Below are positions 49,571 to 62,542 of a DNA stretch of 64,000 bases, one piece after another; the stretch's first letter is position 1, and each line of letters starts with the position of its first letter. Under the pieces are notes generated by a model that saw nothing but the letters and a program-made list of their open reading frames with translations, was not told where the DNA came from and did no database searches. Made by a program: the position numbers and the translations under genes. This DNA comes from Malacoraja senta (taxonomy: Eukaryota): the NCBI GenBank assembly GCA_038087875.1, contig JAXLNO010003952.1, positions 62,001-126,000 of the forward strand, given 5' to 3'.

Positions 49571-50263
49571 TATAAGTAGATAGACAAAAAAAAAGTATAT
49601 ATCTTTAGTGCATTTTCTGAAATTAAAGTAACAGCAGGTGTTGCACTTGAATTTATTCCACAAGTTTCATCCTGTAGCTTTGGGAGCATTGATGGCACGG
49701 TGGCGCAGCGGTAGAGTTGCTGCTTAGCAGCGTCAGAAACCTCGGTTCAATCCTGGCTACGGGTGCTGTCTGTACGCAGTTTGTACATTCTCGCCATGAC
49801 CTACGTGGGTTTTCTCCTGGGTCTCTGGTTTCCTCCCACACTTCAAAACTGAGACCAAAACTCCAAGTGTGGTCTCACCAGGACGCTGTACAACTGCAGA
49901 AGGACCTCTTTGCTCTTATACTCAAATCCTCTTGTTATGATGGCCAACTTGCCATTAGATTTCTTCACTGCCTGCTGTACCTGCATGCTTACTTTCAGTG
50001 ACTGATGAACCAGGACCCCAGACCTCGTTGTACTTCCCCTTTTCCCAACTTGACACCATTCAGATCTCTTACATAGATATTGTGACTAACAGTTTAATAC
50101 TATTACTGCTCATCAGAAGGGAAGGGAAGGGAAGGGAAAACCCAGCCGTATAAAATATACACAGTCAAAGCATTTGGAAATTATTGGGCAGTATTTGTTT
50201 AGTGTCTCATTTTTTATTCTCTGCGACACTCCAACTGGAGAAGTGAAGCATTCAATGCCCTAA

Positions 50264-50593
50264 AAGCCCTGTCCCACGGTACGAGTTCATTCCAAAAGCT
50301 CTCCCGAGTTTAAAAAAAATCAAACTCGTGGTAAGCACGGAGAATGAACGTAGCGGGTACGTCGGAGCTCGGGGACGTCTCTTAGGGGCTCGTAACGCTT
50401 ACGGCAGGTACTCGGGAAGACTCGCTAACGGCAGGTAAGCATGGGAAGACTCGTTAAGATTTTTCAACATGTTGAAAAATGTCCACGAGAGCCCCGAGTA
50501 CCGACGAGCGGCCATTACCGTAAATCTCCGAGTTCGAATCAGGGCAAACTCGGGAGAGCTCTTGGAATGAACTCGTACCATGGGACAGGGCTT
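50264..50593. mobile_element. PIF/Harbinger-type MITE (330 bp)
   Basis: About 30-bp TIR AAGCCCTGTCCCACGGTACGAGTTCATTCCAA / TTGGAATGAACTCGTACCATGGGACAGGGCTT; 3-bp TSD TAA at 50261-50263 and 50594-50596. Confidence 0.9.
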
Positions 50594-51409
50594 TAAGACA
50601 GTAGTTATTTACCCTTATTCTTTATGACAACTATGCTACTAATTTGCCATAATAAATGCAGCTATCATTACTTCTTGGATAGCACTACATTTAAAAACTG
50701 GGAAATAATGGGCATAACTGAGTGCACCGGAAAATGATAGTATGGCCATTTAAATGGTAGTAAAATAGGGAAATCAGGAGAGCCTGGATTTTACAACAGA
50801 GCAACCTATTGTTTTTGAGAAAAAGCTCAACATCAAATAGTGATGAAAAGGGGTACAGTGAACTTAGAGATATAGAGTTATTTCCAGCAGCTTAATTAAA
50901 AGTTTCTTTTTTTTAAAACTTTTCCCTCTTAACGTTTTGTTGAAACATATTAGCTATCTGATATAGCTTAAAATGATATATAAATGTTAACCAGAGAATA
51001 TGACATTTGATACAACATGGGACTGCTGAGATGATTAATACATTGCATTAAAAGAGAATCTAGACAAACAAGATGATCTTGATAAGCTATGTTGGCAAGA
51101 GATCACGAGGAGCACAGGGATGATTGCAGCAAAGGACCTACTCCTGTGGTCATTCCTCAATTATGCATCCACAAGAACAATCATCAATTACAGTTTGCTG
51201 CACAAAGAGAACTGAGGCAAGAATATGTGGATTTTTAATCATGTCTGACCAACTGTGGTATAAAATAGCTGTGCTTCATAACTAGCTGTGCTTCAAGTAA
51301 GTCTCTTTCAATGAGCTGGAAAATTACTACCCTATGGAAAATGTGGAAAACTGGTCAGACATACCCTGTTCACAGAAAAGCCACTTACACTACCACCCAA
51401 TCATGTGAT

Positions 51410-51770
51410 GCAAACTCCATCTTCAAGTTCATTGTTGCACGAATTGCAGATGGTGATGAGTCAGAGTATAGAAGGGAGATCGACCGACTGACCATATGGT
51501 GCCAACACAGCAACCTTGCCCTCAATGTCAGTCAGAGCGAGGAACTGATTGTGGACTTTGGAAAAGGAAGGATGAGAACCCACAAACTGTCTTATACAAA
51601 TGGGATGATGGTGGAGAGAGTCAAACGCTTCAAATTCCTGAGCGTGCATATCTCTGAAGATCTTTCCTGGACCCAGCACACTGATGCGATTATAAAGAAA
51701 CCCCATTAATGCCTCTACTTCCTGAAAAGATTGTGGAGATTTGGTATGTCAGAGACGACTCTCTTGAAAT
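51410..51770 (+). mobile_element. Rex1/Babar LINE RT fragment
   Basis: DGDESEYRREIDRLTIWCQHSNLALNVSQSEELIVDFGK...VERVKRFKFLSVHISEDLSW. Confidence 0.85.
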
Positions 51771-53454
51771 GAGAGAAATCAATATTCATACCGCATGCTT
51801 GTAAGCTGCCCAAGCGACGGATGGAATATTTTACACTTGCCTGGAGGAGTGAGGCAATAACAAAATTCAAGTAGATCAACACCAACAAAGACAAAGCAAG
51901 CCACCTCATTGCCATTGCATTATCCACAGTAAATATGCATTCATTCCCTCCACCTCCAAGCACAGTGGCTGCAGTGTGCACCATCTGAAACTATGCACCA
52001 ATTACTTGCCCAGGTTACTCTGGAAACATCTTCCAAACCCGTAATCTCTACCAACAAGATGGACAAGGGGAGCAAGTCCATGGCTACAATACTACCTGAA
52101 GGTTCTGTTCCAAGTAATGTACTATGTTCATCTGAAAATATATAGCTTGTTCTTCATCAGAAGGTTGATCATCACTGTTCTTCATCAGTGGTTCAAGAAG
52201 GTGGTTTACACCATCTTCCCAAAGTAAATTATGGGTGAAGAATTGATACTGACATTGCTGGCAATACCCAGATCCAAAAATGAAAAATGAAGAAACAAAG
52301 TTCAAGACAAAATGACTGGATAGAGAGAGGAAACATCCAAGGCAGGGATTCTATTTTTATATAATGTTCATTATACAGAAGTAACTTCAATAGTTTGTTG
52401 GACTAAACTGAATTAATAAATAATCATAAAATTGAATACAATTGGTGAAAAGTAGAGCAAAATAAGATTAGTTTCAGTTTGCTCAGGAAAGATATAGGGA
52501 AAATTCCAGTTACTAATGACTGTACTACAAATCAATATTAAATATATTGGCGAATATATTGGGGAAGAATACAACTTAAATTTATTCTAATGCAAGAATA
52601 AAAAGCAGAAAAAGTAACACATACCAGCATTTTAATTCCTTTTCTATGCATTTGTACTCCTTGCATGACAGAGGTGATTACCAATGCATTTATTATCAGG
52701 CTCTTTTGGAATTGAAAACAACTGCAGGAGATCACAGTGTTGAATAATTCGTTTTTTAGTTTGGGGCTACAAAGTCTCTGGCACTCCCTGTTTCAAATGA
52801 TGAGGTCCAATGATCCTGATTGCTTTGTGCATTTCACCAGCGTGTGCCACTGATTACATACGCTGCTGCTGAGGGAACTGGATATATGGGAGATGGAATG
52901 CAAAAGGAAAAACTAGATGTATCTGTACACTTGCTACCTTCAGCCATTAAAGCTAAGAGCCAGTACTTTTTATAAAGACAACAAAAGTCATGCAAAGACT
53001 TTAGGATAACTTAGATTTTCTTGTTTTGCATGGAAAGATTATACATAGTTTGTGTAGGAAGGAACTGCAGATGCCGGTTTACATCGGAGATAGACACAAA
53101 ATACTGGAGTAACTCAGGCAGCATCTCTGGATAGAAGGAATGGGTGACGTTTTGTGTTGAGACCCTTCTTCAGACCCAGACTCATAGGTTGTACATTGTT
53201 TGGAAGAGTCACAGTCTGAATATTAACCAATGTTTCCCTTTCAGATGTTCACCAAGCTGCTCCTATATGCAGCACCTTTGCCGATTGCTACAATACTCAC
53301 CAGTACATACCAGAAAATCAGACTGCAACACCTGAACTGTGTACCTGTATAATTTAGTGTGGAAATCCAGAAGTTGTTCTTGTATTTCCTGCTCCAAGTG
53401 GTGGGCTGTTTTGCAATGTTCTCCAATTAAATCAGTGAACTTGTAAGAACAGGG

Positions 53455-53755
53455 CAACATAGTGGCACAGCAGCAGAGTTGCTGCCTTGCAGTGCCAGAG
53501 ACCTGGATTCAATCCTGACTATGGGCGCAATCTGTACGGAGTTTGTACGTTCTCCCTGTGACCGCGTGGGTTTTCTCTGGGTGCTCCAGTTTCTCCCTGC
53601 ACTCCGAGGACATGTGGGTTTGTAAGTTAATTGGCTTTGGTAAGTTGTAAAATTGGCTCTGGTGTGTGTAGGTGTGTAGGTTAGTGTGCAGGGTGATCGT
53701 TGGTCAGCAATGGCGTGGTGGGCCAAAGGGCCATTTTCCGCACTGTACCTCTAGA
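53455..53755 (+). mobile_element. HE1/HER1-like V-SINE
   Basis: Same consensus. Confidence 0.85.
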
Positions 53756-56700
53756 TTCCAAATTTTAAGAAAGAATGAATTCATATTGTATAACTACCTT
53801 CCACTGTCTAAGGACATTTTAAAGCATTTCACAGATAATAAAGTACTCCAAATTAGCATAACTGGTGCACAAGAGAGGAATAAAGGCTTCCCAATCCTCT
53901 GGCTTCCCAGTAATCTTTGTAATGTTATATGCCTTTTCATTTATGCTGTATTTGACTTCTCTTGTCAGTCACATGCACCTCATTCTCCCTTTAGAATCTT
54001 TCTTCCTCTTTGGAATGAACAAATACTGTGACTTTTGAATTATTCCCAGAAATTCCTGCCATTACTCTTCCACCGTTGTTCTTCCTAGGGTCCCTTTCCA
54101 ATCAACTTTAGCCAGCTCCTCCTTCATGCCTCTGTAGTCACCTTTGCTCAGCTGTAAAACCGACACATCCAATGTCATCTTCTCCCTATCAAATTCCAGG
54201 TTGAATTTTTATCAAATTATGGTCACTGCCTCCTATACAGGTACACACACGCATTTAAGGAAGGCAAGTGAATTTGAGTCCGTCTGAATAAGGGGCCAGA
54301 CCCAAAACAACACCTGTCCATTTCCTCCACAGATGTTGTCTGACCCGTTGAGTTCCTCCAGCACTTTGTGTTTTACTCAAGATGACAACCTGCAGTTTCT
54401 TGTGTCTCCAAGAGGATTCAAGTACTGTAGTTGAGAAGTCTGCCTCAAGTTAGACACGGTCCTGCTGAGAACACACTTAGAATATTGGTGTACAGGCCTG
54501 GTCTCTCCATTTAAGGAAGGGTATGTTTGAAATGCAATGAGGACTGATCATATTAATTACTGGCATGGGAGGGTTGCTCTGCAAGATGAAATAAAGCATA
54601 CTGGTCCTATGCCCACGAGGGCTCAGAAGAATGAGAAGTAAATGTACAACATTTTCACATGGATTGATAAGGTAAATGCGGAGATATATTTCCATAGCTC
54701 GAGGTCATTCTAAAATGAAATTGTCCATTCAGGATTGAGAAGAAATTTCTTCAGAGGACGGTGAATTTTTAGAAATCTCTGTGTAAAAGGCTCGTGAATG
54801 ATTCATCACAGAATGCAATCCAGAAATACATCAAGACATTTTTTGGATGTTAACAAATCAAGGGGTGTGGGGTTGTTGCAGAAAAATGGCTGAGGTAAAA
54901 GATCAGCCATGATCTGAGTGAATGGCAGTCAGGCACTTATGATAGAATGGCGGGTTCATGCTAATACCTTATACAATAATGAATGAAGGAGTTGATATTG
55001 TGCTCAATTTAATATTTTAATGTAAACAATATGTTGCCAATTTCAAACTCCATCTGACTCACTGGTTCACCAACAACTGGCAGAAATTGTGAATACTGTA
55101 ACAATGTCTTCATTTCATTAAAAATATGAAGAATGAATGCAAGCAAGATTTCTATTGTATCCATACTTGTACATAAGACAATAAAGTTGAATGGATAGGA
55201 GGAAGATGTTGTCATGAACAATCTGCGATGATGCATGTGATAAAACAGAGAAACTGGTCCAATTATAATCAGTGTTTGTTGTAAAAAAAACACATTTTTA
55301 AAGACTATAATAACTTATGGAAGAGCTACCACACAGTACCTCTTTATAGTGCAGCATTAAATCCCAAATTAGTGAATTTTCTGGAGATACACACAAAAAG
55401 CTGGAGTAACTCAGCGGGTCAGACAGCATCTCTGGAGTAAAGGAAAAGGTGGCGTTTCGGGTTGAGACCCTTCTTCAGTCTTGACCCAAAACATCATCTA
55501 TTCCTTTTCTCCCGAGATGCTGTCTGAACTGCTGAGTTACTCCAACTTTTTGTGTCTATCTTCGGTTTAAACCAGCATCTGTAGTTCCTTCCTACACATA
55601 GTGAATTTTCTGGAGGACCTTAGAAATAATAATAAAGACTCAAACAGCAGCAGCCCTTCACAAACTGGAAATTCTGCCGGACAAGATCAAACTAACCTAC
55701 TTATGTAGAGATCACACAGAAAATTAGATAACTCTCTCAGTCCTCCATTTTATACTTAACTTATGGAAACACGGAACCTCCCTTTCCCACTTGGACCCTC
55801 AGGCACAAGAACTATTGGAAGTCACTGTGATAGTCAGGTGAGGAAGATGGAAAAAAAATGCTATTCTTTTACATAGCCAAATATCAAACCTCAAACTCCA
55901 ACGCCACACCAGGAAGAAACTAAAACAATCTCCACAAAAAAAACCCAGGGGGGCATTTCACTGAGCATGAATTATTTACCATTAAGTTTGAAAATAAAAG
56001 TGAGGGCAGATAAATTAAAATGGGAGGCACTCTCAAGATGACAGGCTCATCATTATTTCTACTGTCAAAAACATGGTCATTAGTTCCAATTTCACTCTTA
56101 AACAAAGATCCCTGGATCAGAAATAAATAACAGATAATTTTGGAAGTTGGTGGTTGGTTGCCAATTAAATATGTGCAATCTGCTCATCTTACCAGCAAAA
56201 ATAAACAACAACAAAAGCAAGGAATTTAGTCACGATATATAATATTTTCATATTTCATGGGGTTGAAGAAGATTTGGTATTTTAATACATGAAGTTAGCC
56301 ATCATGCCAACTCATATCTCTTTTCCTGATGTGGACTGCTTGACATTAACACACTTGCAGATCAAGGAAGTGTTAGTGTGAACAGTCACTGTGAACATGC
56401 CCTGTGCTATTTGCAGTACCATTTGGGAATTGCCACTTGTGTAAGACAAATCCGATACATGAGGACAACAGTCCCGGCTGGTGCATTATTCTTTTTGATC
56501 TTTCAATACCAGGCCATTTCCTAAAGATTTGGTCTCCATTTATCGACTTATTACAAATATAGGGTGCAACAAAATGTTGATAATAAATGGTTTCAGGACC
56601 TGGTGAGGGGTGAGTAAAGATATGAATTAGGTACATCCCTTTTATATTGTCTTATCTTATTTTACTTTTTTTTCTTGTTCCTTCTTTTGTTTTTTTAACT

Positions 56701-56884
56701 CTTTCTTGTGGTTTAGGTCCCTATGGGTTTCCCTGGACCACTCTTTCACTCACTCACTTACTCTCTCTGCTAACTCTTTCTATCCTTTTTAAAGTTTAAA
56801 ATAAGAAGTGGTACAAGAAATGTATAATTTTATGTTTGTTTGAGATCACTGCACTGTACAATACTTCCAATAAAAATTTAAAAA

Positions 56885-57255
56885 GAAATATAAGATTGTT
56901 AAGGGCTTGGGCACGCTAGAGGCAGGAAACATGTTCCCGATGTTGGGGGAGTCCAGAACCAGGGGCCACAGTTTAAGAATAAGGAGGAAGCCATTTAGAA
57001 CGGAGACGAGGAAACACTTTTTCTCACAGAGAGTGGTGAGTCTGTGGAATTCTCTGCCTCAGAGGGCGGTGGAAGCCGGTTCTCTGGATGCTTTCAAGAG
57101 AGAGCTAGATAGGGCTCTTAAAAATAGCAGAGTCAGGGGATATGGGGAGAAGGCAGGAACGGGTTACTGATTGGGGATGATCAGCCATGATCACATTGAA
57201 TGGCGGTGCTGGTTCAAAGGGTCAAATGGCCTGCTCCTGCATCTATTTCTATTGT
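56885..57255 (+). mobile_element. CR1 3' end
   Basis: GNMFPMLGESRTRGHSLRI...RVVSLWNSLPQRAVEA; CR1 3' UTR. Confidence 0.9.
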
Positions 57256-58409
57256 GAAGCTTGATAGGTGGGACATTTAGACAGGCACACAGATAGGAAA
57301 GATTTAGAGGTATATGGACCAAACCCAGCCAAATAGGACCAGATCAAATAGACAACTTGGTCGGCATGAATGAGTAGAACTAAAGAGCTTGTTTCACGCT
57401 ATATCTCTATGACCTTATTTTGTAAATTTTCAACATCTGTCTGATCAAGTTCAACATCTTGAGATGATTATGGAAGTGTCTGCATGTGGATGGCCCCAGA
57501 GATTTTGTCACAAAAGTAATAGGATTACCAACCCATATCACCAAACTAAGAGAAAGATAAAGCATGTACATCCATTTATAGTGAATACATGTTAAATGGT
57601 ATTCTCCAAGGAAATGGACCAGCTTTTCATTGTGAATGCCAATATTTTGTATTAAACTTTCATAACTACACGTCTCAGAATGAAAACATATGTTTGATAA
57701 AATTAGAGAATCTGTTATCACCATTCCGACAGTATATTCCAGACCTTCACAGCTCTTCCCTAAATGTAATTATCCCCTATATTACATTGATTTGTTTTGC
57801 TTGTATCAGTACCATGTGATTTTAATCCTCCTGCAGTAAGCAACAGATTTTCCTTACTTGCTCTACAAATCATCTGGATTTTGAACACCTGTTAAATCTC
57901 ATGCAAACTTTCTTCTTAGTAAAATAAAGTAATCCCAGTTTCTCTGGTTTCCCTCTCATCACATTGGCCCCCATTCCCATTAATGATATTTGAATATTTT
58001 CCAACATCTTGAACTTCCCTAAAATGTCATACCCAGAATTGGCAATAATACTCTTTCAGATACTACCAATTTTGAATAAAGCTCTGGCACATCTTTTGTA
58101 ACTGATGCAATTTATAACATATTTTATAAAATCAAAGATCAGTTTGTATTGACAGCCTCCTCATATTTCTCCCAGAAAACTTGTACACAACCCAAACTCC
58201 CAATGTCTTTGCTCCTGTACCTTCCTGAAAATGGTGTCATCTAGCCTTTGCCTCTTCTCAATTTTTATAACGGGTTATTTTCCCCACAGCTCTCTTGGTT
58301 AAATATCATCATTCTATTCATTTTACAGTCTATTTCCTACCAGAAGCTATTGCTAATATCACTATTTACAATCAAAAATACAGTTTTTGTATTTAAAAAA
58401 TACAACACT

Positions 58410-58660
58410 GTGGGTGGCACAGTTGGTAGAGCTGCTGCCTCAATGCCAAAACCCCAGGTTTGATCTTGTGGTGTCTGTGTGGAGTTTGCACATTCTCACT
58501 GTGATCACATGGCTTCGCTGGGTGCACCAGTTTCTTCCCACATCCCAAAGATCTGTTCATTTGTAGCTTAATTGCATCTGTAAATAAGATAACAGAACTT
58601 GTGTGAACAATGGTTGGTGACAAAGGGCCTTTTTCCATGCTTTATCTCTAAACTAAACAA
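58410..58660 (+). mobile_element. HE1/HER1-like V-SINE, diverged
   Basis: gggtggcacagttggtagagctgctgcc head and tail tgctttatctctaaactaaa. Confidence 0.75.
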
Positions 58661-59194
58661 TTCTGTGAAAAAACTCAAATGAAATTTAAATTCATCAACC
58701 AAAGACTAAATATCCCTGATAACATCTTTTTTGGTACCATCAAGCAACGAAGACTAGAGATGCAAGGAACTGCAGATGCCGGTTTACCAAACGAAAAACA
58801 AGAGTGCTGGACTAACTCAGCAGTTCTGAAGAAAGGCTCTGATCCAAAGCATCACCTATCCATGTCCTCCAGAGATGCTGCCTGACCTGCTGAGTTTCTC
58901 CAGTACTGTGTGGGTTTTTTTAAACAACGATTAATTAACAAACCAGTCCAATACTCCCATTCACATGGTGTAAAAAGTTAATCCATTATACCTGCATCAC
59001 TCCCAAATTATTCTGTATTCAGACTAGAGGGGATACTCTACTCAACTGAAAGATAGACAATGATAACGACAATAAAAACAACAATAATATTCCTTTCATC
59101 CATTTTCAATCAGAAGTACCCCCCCACCCCATGTTCAACTAAAATAAATGAACGTAAATATCGAATCGACACATTTAAGCAATGGCAAAATTCA

Positions 59195-62100
59195 ATTTTA
59201 CTTCGGAGTCCCGTGAGTGACTACGTGAAGAAGAGCCCGTCCAGCCGCACACGCCTCATATCATCAGACGCAAAGCGAAGTGCCGATGTTTGGAGCGAGC
59301 AGAGCTCCTCCAAACCGGTAAGTAAAAAGCAAACCAAAAGTAAAAAACCTGAAGGTAAGTTTTTACTTACGGTTTTCAGGCGATTTAAAAGACTTGTAGT
59401 AATAAAATACGTCATAATAAAGGAAATTGTGGAGGTATACCGCAGAGTGCTCAGACAGACAGACCGCGGGGCTGTGAGTAGTGGGCGCAAATCTATTTTT
59501 TTTAATTTTTAAACGGCTGCCATTTAGCGCTATTAGATCGCATAGATAAGAGGTTGCGGTTAAAGAAGTCAGACCGGAGATCCCCGTTTCAGGTAACTAG
59601 TTGGTTATATTTAAAACCTAGTTACAAGGCAATGCAGGGAATGCCTGAGTCAGGTAACTGGTTTATTATATTTTTAAAAACCTAGTTGCAGGGCAATGCA
59701 GGGAATGTCCAGGTTAACTATTTGGTCTAGATTAGAGCCAGCATATGAAGTGCCTAGGGAAGGTCCAGGCTTTGTGTTGGGCTAGAGAAGGCCAGTGTAT
59801 GAAGTGCCTGGGGAAGGTCTGTTTTAACATGGTCCCTACAGGGCCAGTGCAGGGGTACCTGGTGGAGGTCCAGGTTTAGCGTTGGCCCAGAGTAGAGCCA
59901 GCGCGTGGAGTGCTTTATAAGGTCCGGCTCAATGTTGGCCTAAAGGGAGAGCCAGCATAGGAAATATTTGGGGGAAAAAAATAATCCGGTTCAGCGCTGG
60001 CCTACAGGTGAGCCAGTGTGAGCACATGGTTGGTTAATGTACGTTGGTCTACAGGAGAGCCAGCGCCAACTATATCTGGGAGTTAGCGTTGGCCTACAGG
60101 TGAGCCAGCGCCAGCAGCACCTGAAAGAGGGCTGCCTATGATGGGCCTACAGGAGAGCCCGCATGGAGAGCAATTGGAAGGGTTGTTATGCGTAGGCCTA
60201 TGGGGGAGAGCCAGCGCTAGAGATACCTGAAGTAGGATGTAAATTCGGCCCTCCATGAGGAGGTTTAGTTTATACAAAGATTCAAGTAAACAGATTATAT
60301 GAGGCCTAGAGCCCAATACAGAGCCAAAGGACCAGAGTTGGCACAATATATTAAAGTTGTGGTTCCAAAAAGATGAGGGACCCATTGGGAGATAAATAAA
60401 CTATGTCAATAAAATACTTACTCTCCCAGCAGCTCCAGGTTCTAACCAGGTATGAGCTGTCGACATAAATAAACCCGCAGTATTGAGCATGATATGCAAG
60501 TCTCAGCGGGGGAGAGGGTGTTGAAATTACTGGTCAGGCGTTAAGGCTTTTTTGACCAAAGGTGGATGGAGAGCATGTGTTGATATCACAACAAGGTTGA
60601 ATTAGCACTCATGTAGTAAAGCGCACTTTCAAATAACTGTTTTATAAAAATGCTATAAAACCTAATATATACCCTAAGTTTGGGGGGGTTCTGTACACCA
60701 TCTAATATTTAAATTGTCTATTAATCTGTTTTTAGAAAGATCTAGCCAAAAAAAAAAGTATGATCCTGTGTGATTAACAGATAAAATTAACGCAGTTTTC
60801 CCTACCAATATGTGGTGACTGGGGATAGTAAAGTATCAATTCTGTCGTTCCCATATGTGCGTTATAGGCGCACTCCTGAGTTATGTGGACGTTATAATAT
60901 TCCACTAAGATCAGGGGATAACGATTGCCATGAGCAAACCCTGAGGAGGAGGAGGTCTGGTTCTGTAAGAAACATATTAAATGTTTTACACTTACAAGTT
61001 GGGGAAGATTACATTGCTTACTATAAAATGGCAAATTGATATTATACGGTACAGTATTGTGGGGTTTAGAATGTAGTTCTACCCATATTTGGTTTCTCTT
61101 ACTAAGGTATTTGAAACCAGACACATATTTTCTCAAAATAAGAGAATATGTAGATTCAGACAAAACATGAAATATTGTGGGAAAGAGATGATTAAGAGGT
61201 CATTTCACCATTACCATCAATTAATGCCAAATATGTTATGAGAGCAAATAAGGATGGTGGGTGTAGATTTATTCTAGATCTGACAATTTTTTACTCTATT
61301 TTGTACAGTATAAAAGTGGATAACATTTGTTAATGTTATGCAGCCAATTTTACAAAAAATGTATTTTACTATGTGACTGTGTATGGTATAATATATTTTA
61401 TTTTATCTGGATAAGCCAATGATGGCAATTTAAAGCATTGTATTATGTTTAGTCTCAGCCTTGACACTATTTGACAGGTAGTTGGATTTAATATTAGCTT
61501 TACTAAGGACTCAGGTCCATTTGGTAATGGTCTTTTGCCATATTCTGATTGTAGGAAACATTCGGACTACAACAGAACCATGAGTGTTAGAATAAAGCTC
61601 ATTTTGGAGATTTGTTAACCATCGAGATAAATCTAAAAGTTTCCAAACAGTTATTGATTATTTGGGAAATGAGAACACATGGTCATGATTCGATTGCAGA
61701 TTAAGGCTGCATTTAAGTGGAAGTTGTACGTAACTCATTATAGAGCATCAACCATTGAATAAAGGTCAATATAGAGCACTAATCCTTAATTAGGCATTTA
61801 ATTGGAAGTGGTATTAAACTCTACCAACCTTCAATTAGACAGGAAACAAGCCTATGTTACACATTTTGCTTATTTTCAGCTGTAGAATTTAGATTGCGGC
61901 ATTATCAAAGTTTATAGTAAGCATGGATAATACAATTTATGTTAAGTTTGCCAGGCCATGTATTTGCCAGTTACAGTTATTACTGGAATATTAATGAATC
62001 AGGAGTCTCAAATGCTTCCAGAGAGATTATGGCTAAACACCTTCCATTATGCTACACACTAATGGTAGTGCTCTAAGTTGAGGTCATACTTATAAGTATT

Positions 62101-62475
62101 TTCAGCTGTGGAGGTACATGGAATATGGAGAAAGTACCGTTTGATCAAATAACAAGGGATCATTATGTAAGTTTTAGGAACATTTATGACCTAAAGCTTA
62201 TTTGCTCTTATATGCAAAGTTGCATGTTTGGACATAGTTTGAGACTACGGAATAGAACGTATGTCAATCATTTGAGTGGTTTAAGTCAGTATCTTGTAAT
62301 AGACTGGCTAATGTGATCTGGATCTGGTATTTACCAGAAATATTTGATTGGCAATCAACCTATGAGGTAGATTCAATATAGTTGAAGACTCAAAAGTCAT
62401 GTAAATCAATGATAATATAGAATGTATGTTGAATCGTGAGAAATTTAACAATATTATAGCACGATTGATGACTTA
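59195..62475 (+). mobile_element. Decayed DIRS1-like (tyrosine-recombinase) retrotransposon: left ITR, leader/ORF1 region, RT-RNaseH-MT relic
   Basis: 5' terminus ATTTTACTTCGGAGTCCCGTGAGTGACTACGTGAAG complementary to the ICR at 34341; frameshifted motifs KDGGCRFILDLT (61250-61285), WQFKAL (61423-61440), ILALLRTQ.HLVM...ILIVG (61491-61556), FVNHRDKSK...IDYLG (61605-61667), LHT..SAL..G and SCGGTWN (62052-62124), YVNH..G.KSVSCNRLANVIW (about 62260-62325), GRFNIV.D...NDNIECMLN (62367-62440). Confidence 0.82.
59719..60217 (+). repeat. Array of about 10 stem-loop units (consensus GCGTTGGC-CTACAGGWGA-GCCAGCGC), period 45-62 nt, inside the DIRS relic
   Basis: Stems start at about 59719, 59773, 59828, 59879, 59932, 59994, 60041, 60086, 60138, 60190; spacers related to each other but more diverged than the cores. 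Confidence 0.85.
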
Positions 62476-62484
62476 TTTGTATAC

Positions 62485-62542
62485 ATAATTTTTTTTATTT
62501 TTTTTATTAGAAGTACAATTGTATACAATCATATTTTCATAA
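62485..62542 (-). mobile_element. Short L1-type 3' stub interrupting the DIRS relic
   Basis: ttttttattagaagtacaattgtatac...gtacagcttc matches the L1 tails at about 27140 and about 32378. Confidence 0.65.

Noticed and set aside
52625-52721. Candidate 97-nt minus-strand exon (ctgcag|...CTG|GTATGT)
   Set aside because: Good splice sites but no recognisable domain and no partner exons found.
56360-56615. Possible decayed Ig-like or MHC exon
   Set aside because: Isolated motifs (MAWY, WYC, GPE) are not correctly spaced in any one frame; the evidence is insufficient.
59719-60217. CRISPR-like repeat-spacer array
   Set aside because: Vertebrate DNA, no cas genes, and the spacers are homologous to each other (GAAGTGCCTGGGGAAGGTCC-like), so this is a diverged tandem repeat.
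60558-60603. KGGWRACVDITTRLN as an RT motif
   Set aside because: The real DIRS RT motif (KDGGCRFILDLT) lies at 61250 in register with downstream motifs; this one is probably a chance resemblance.
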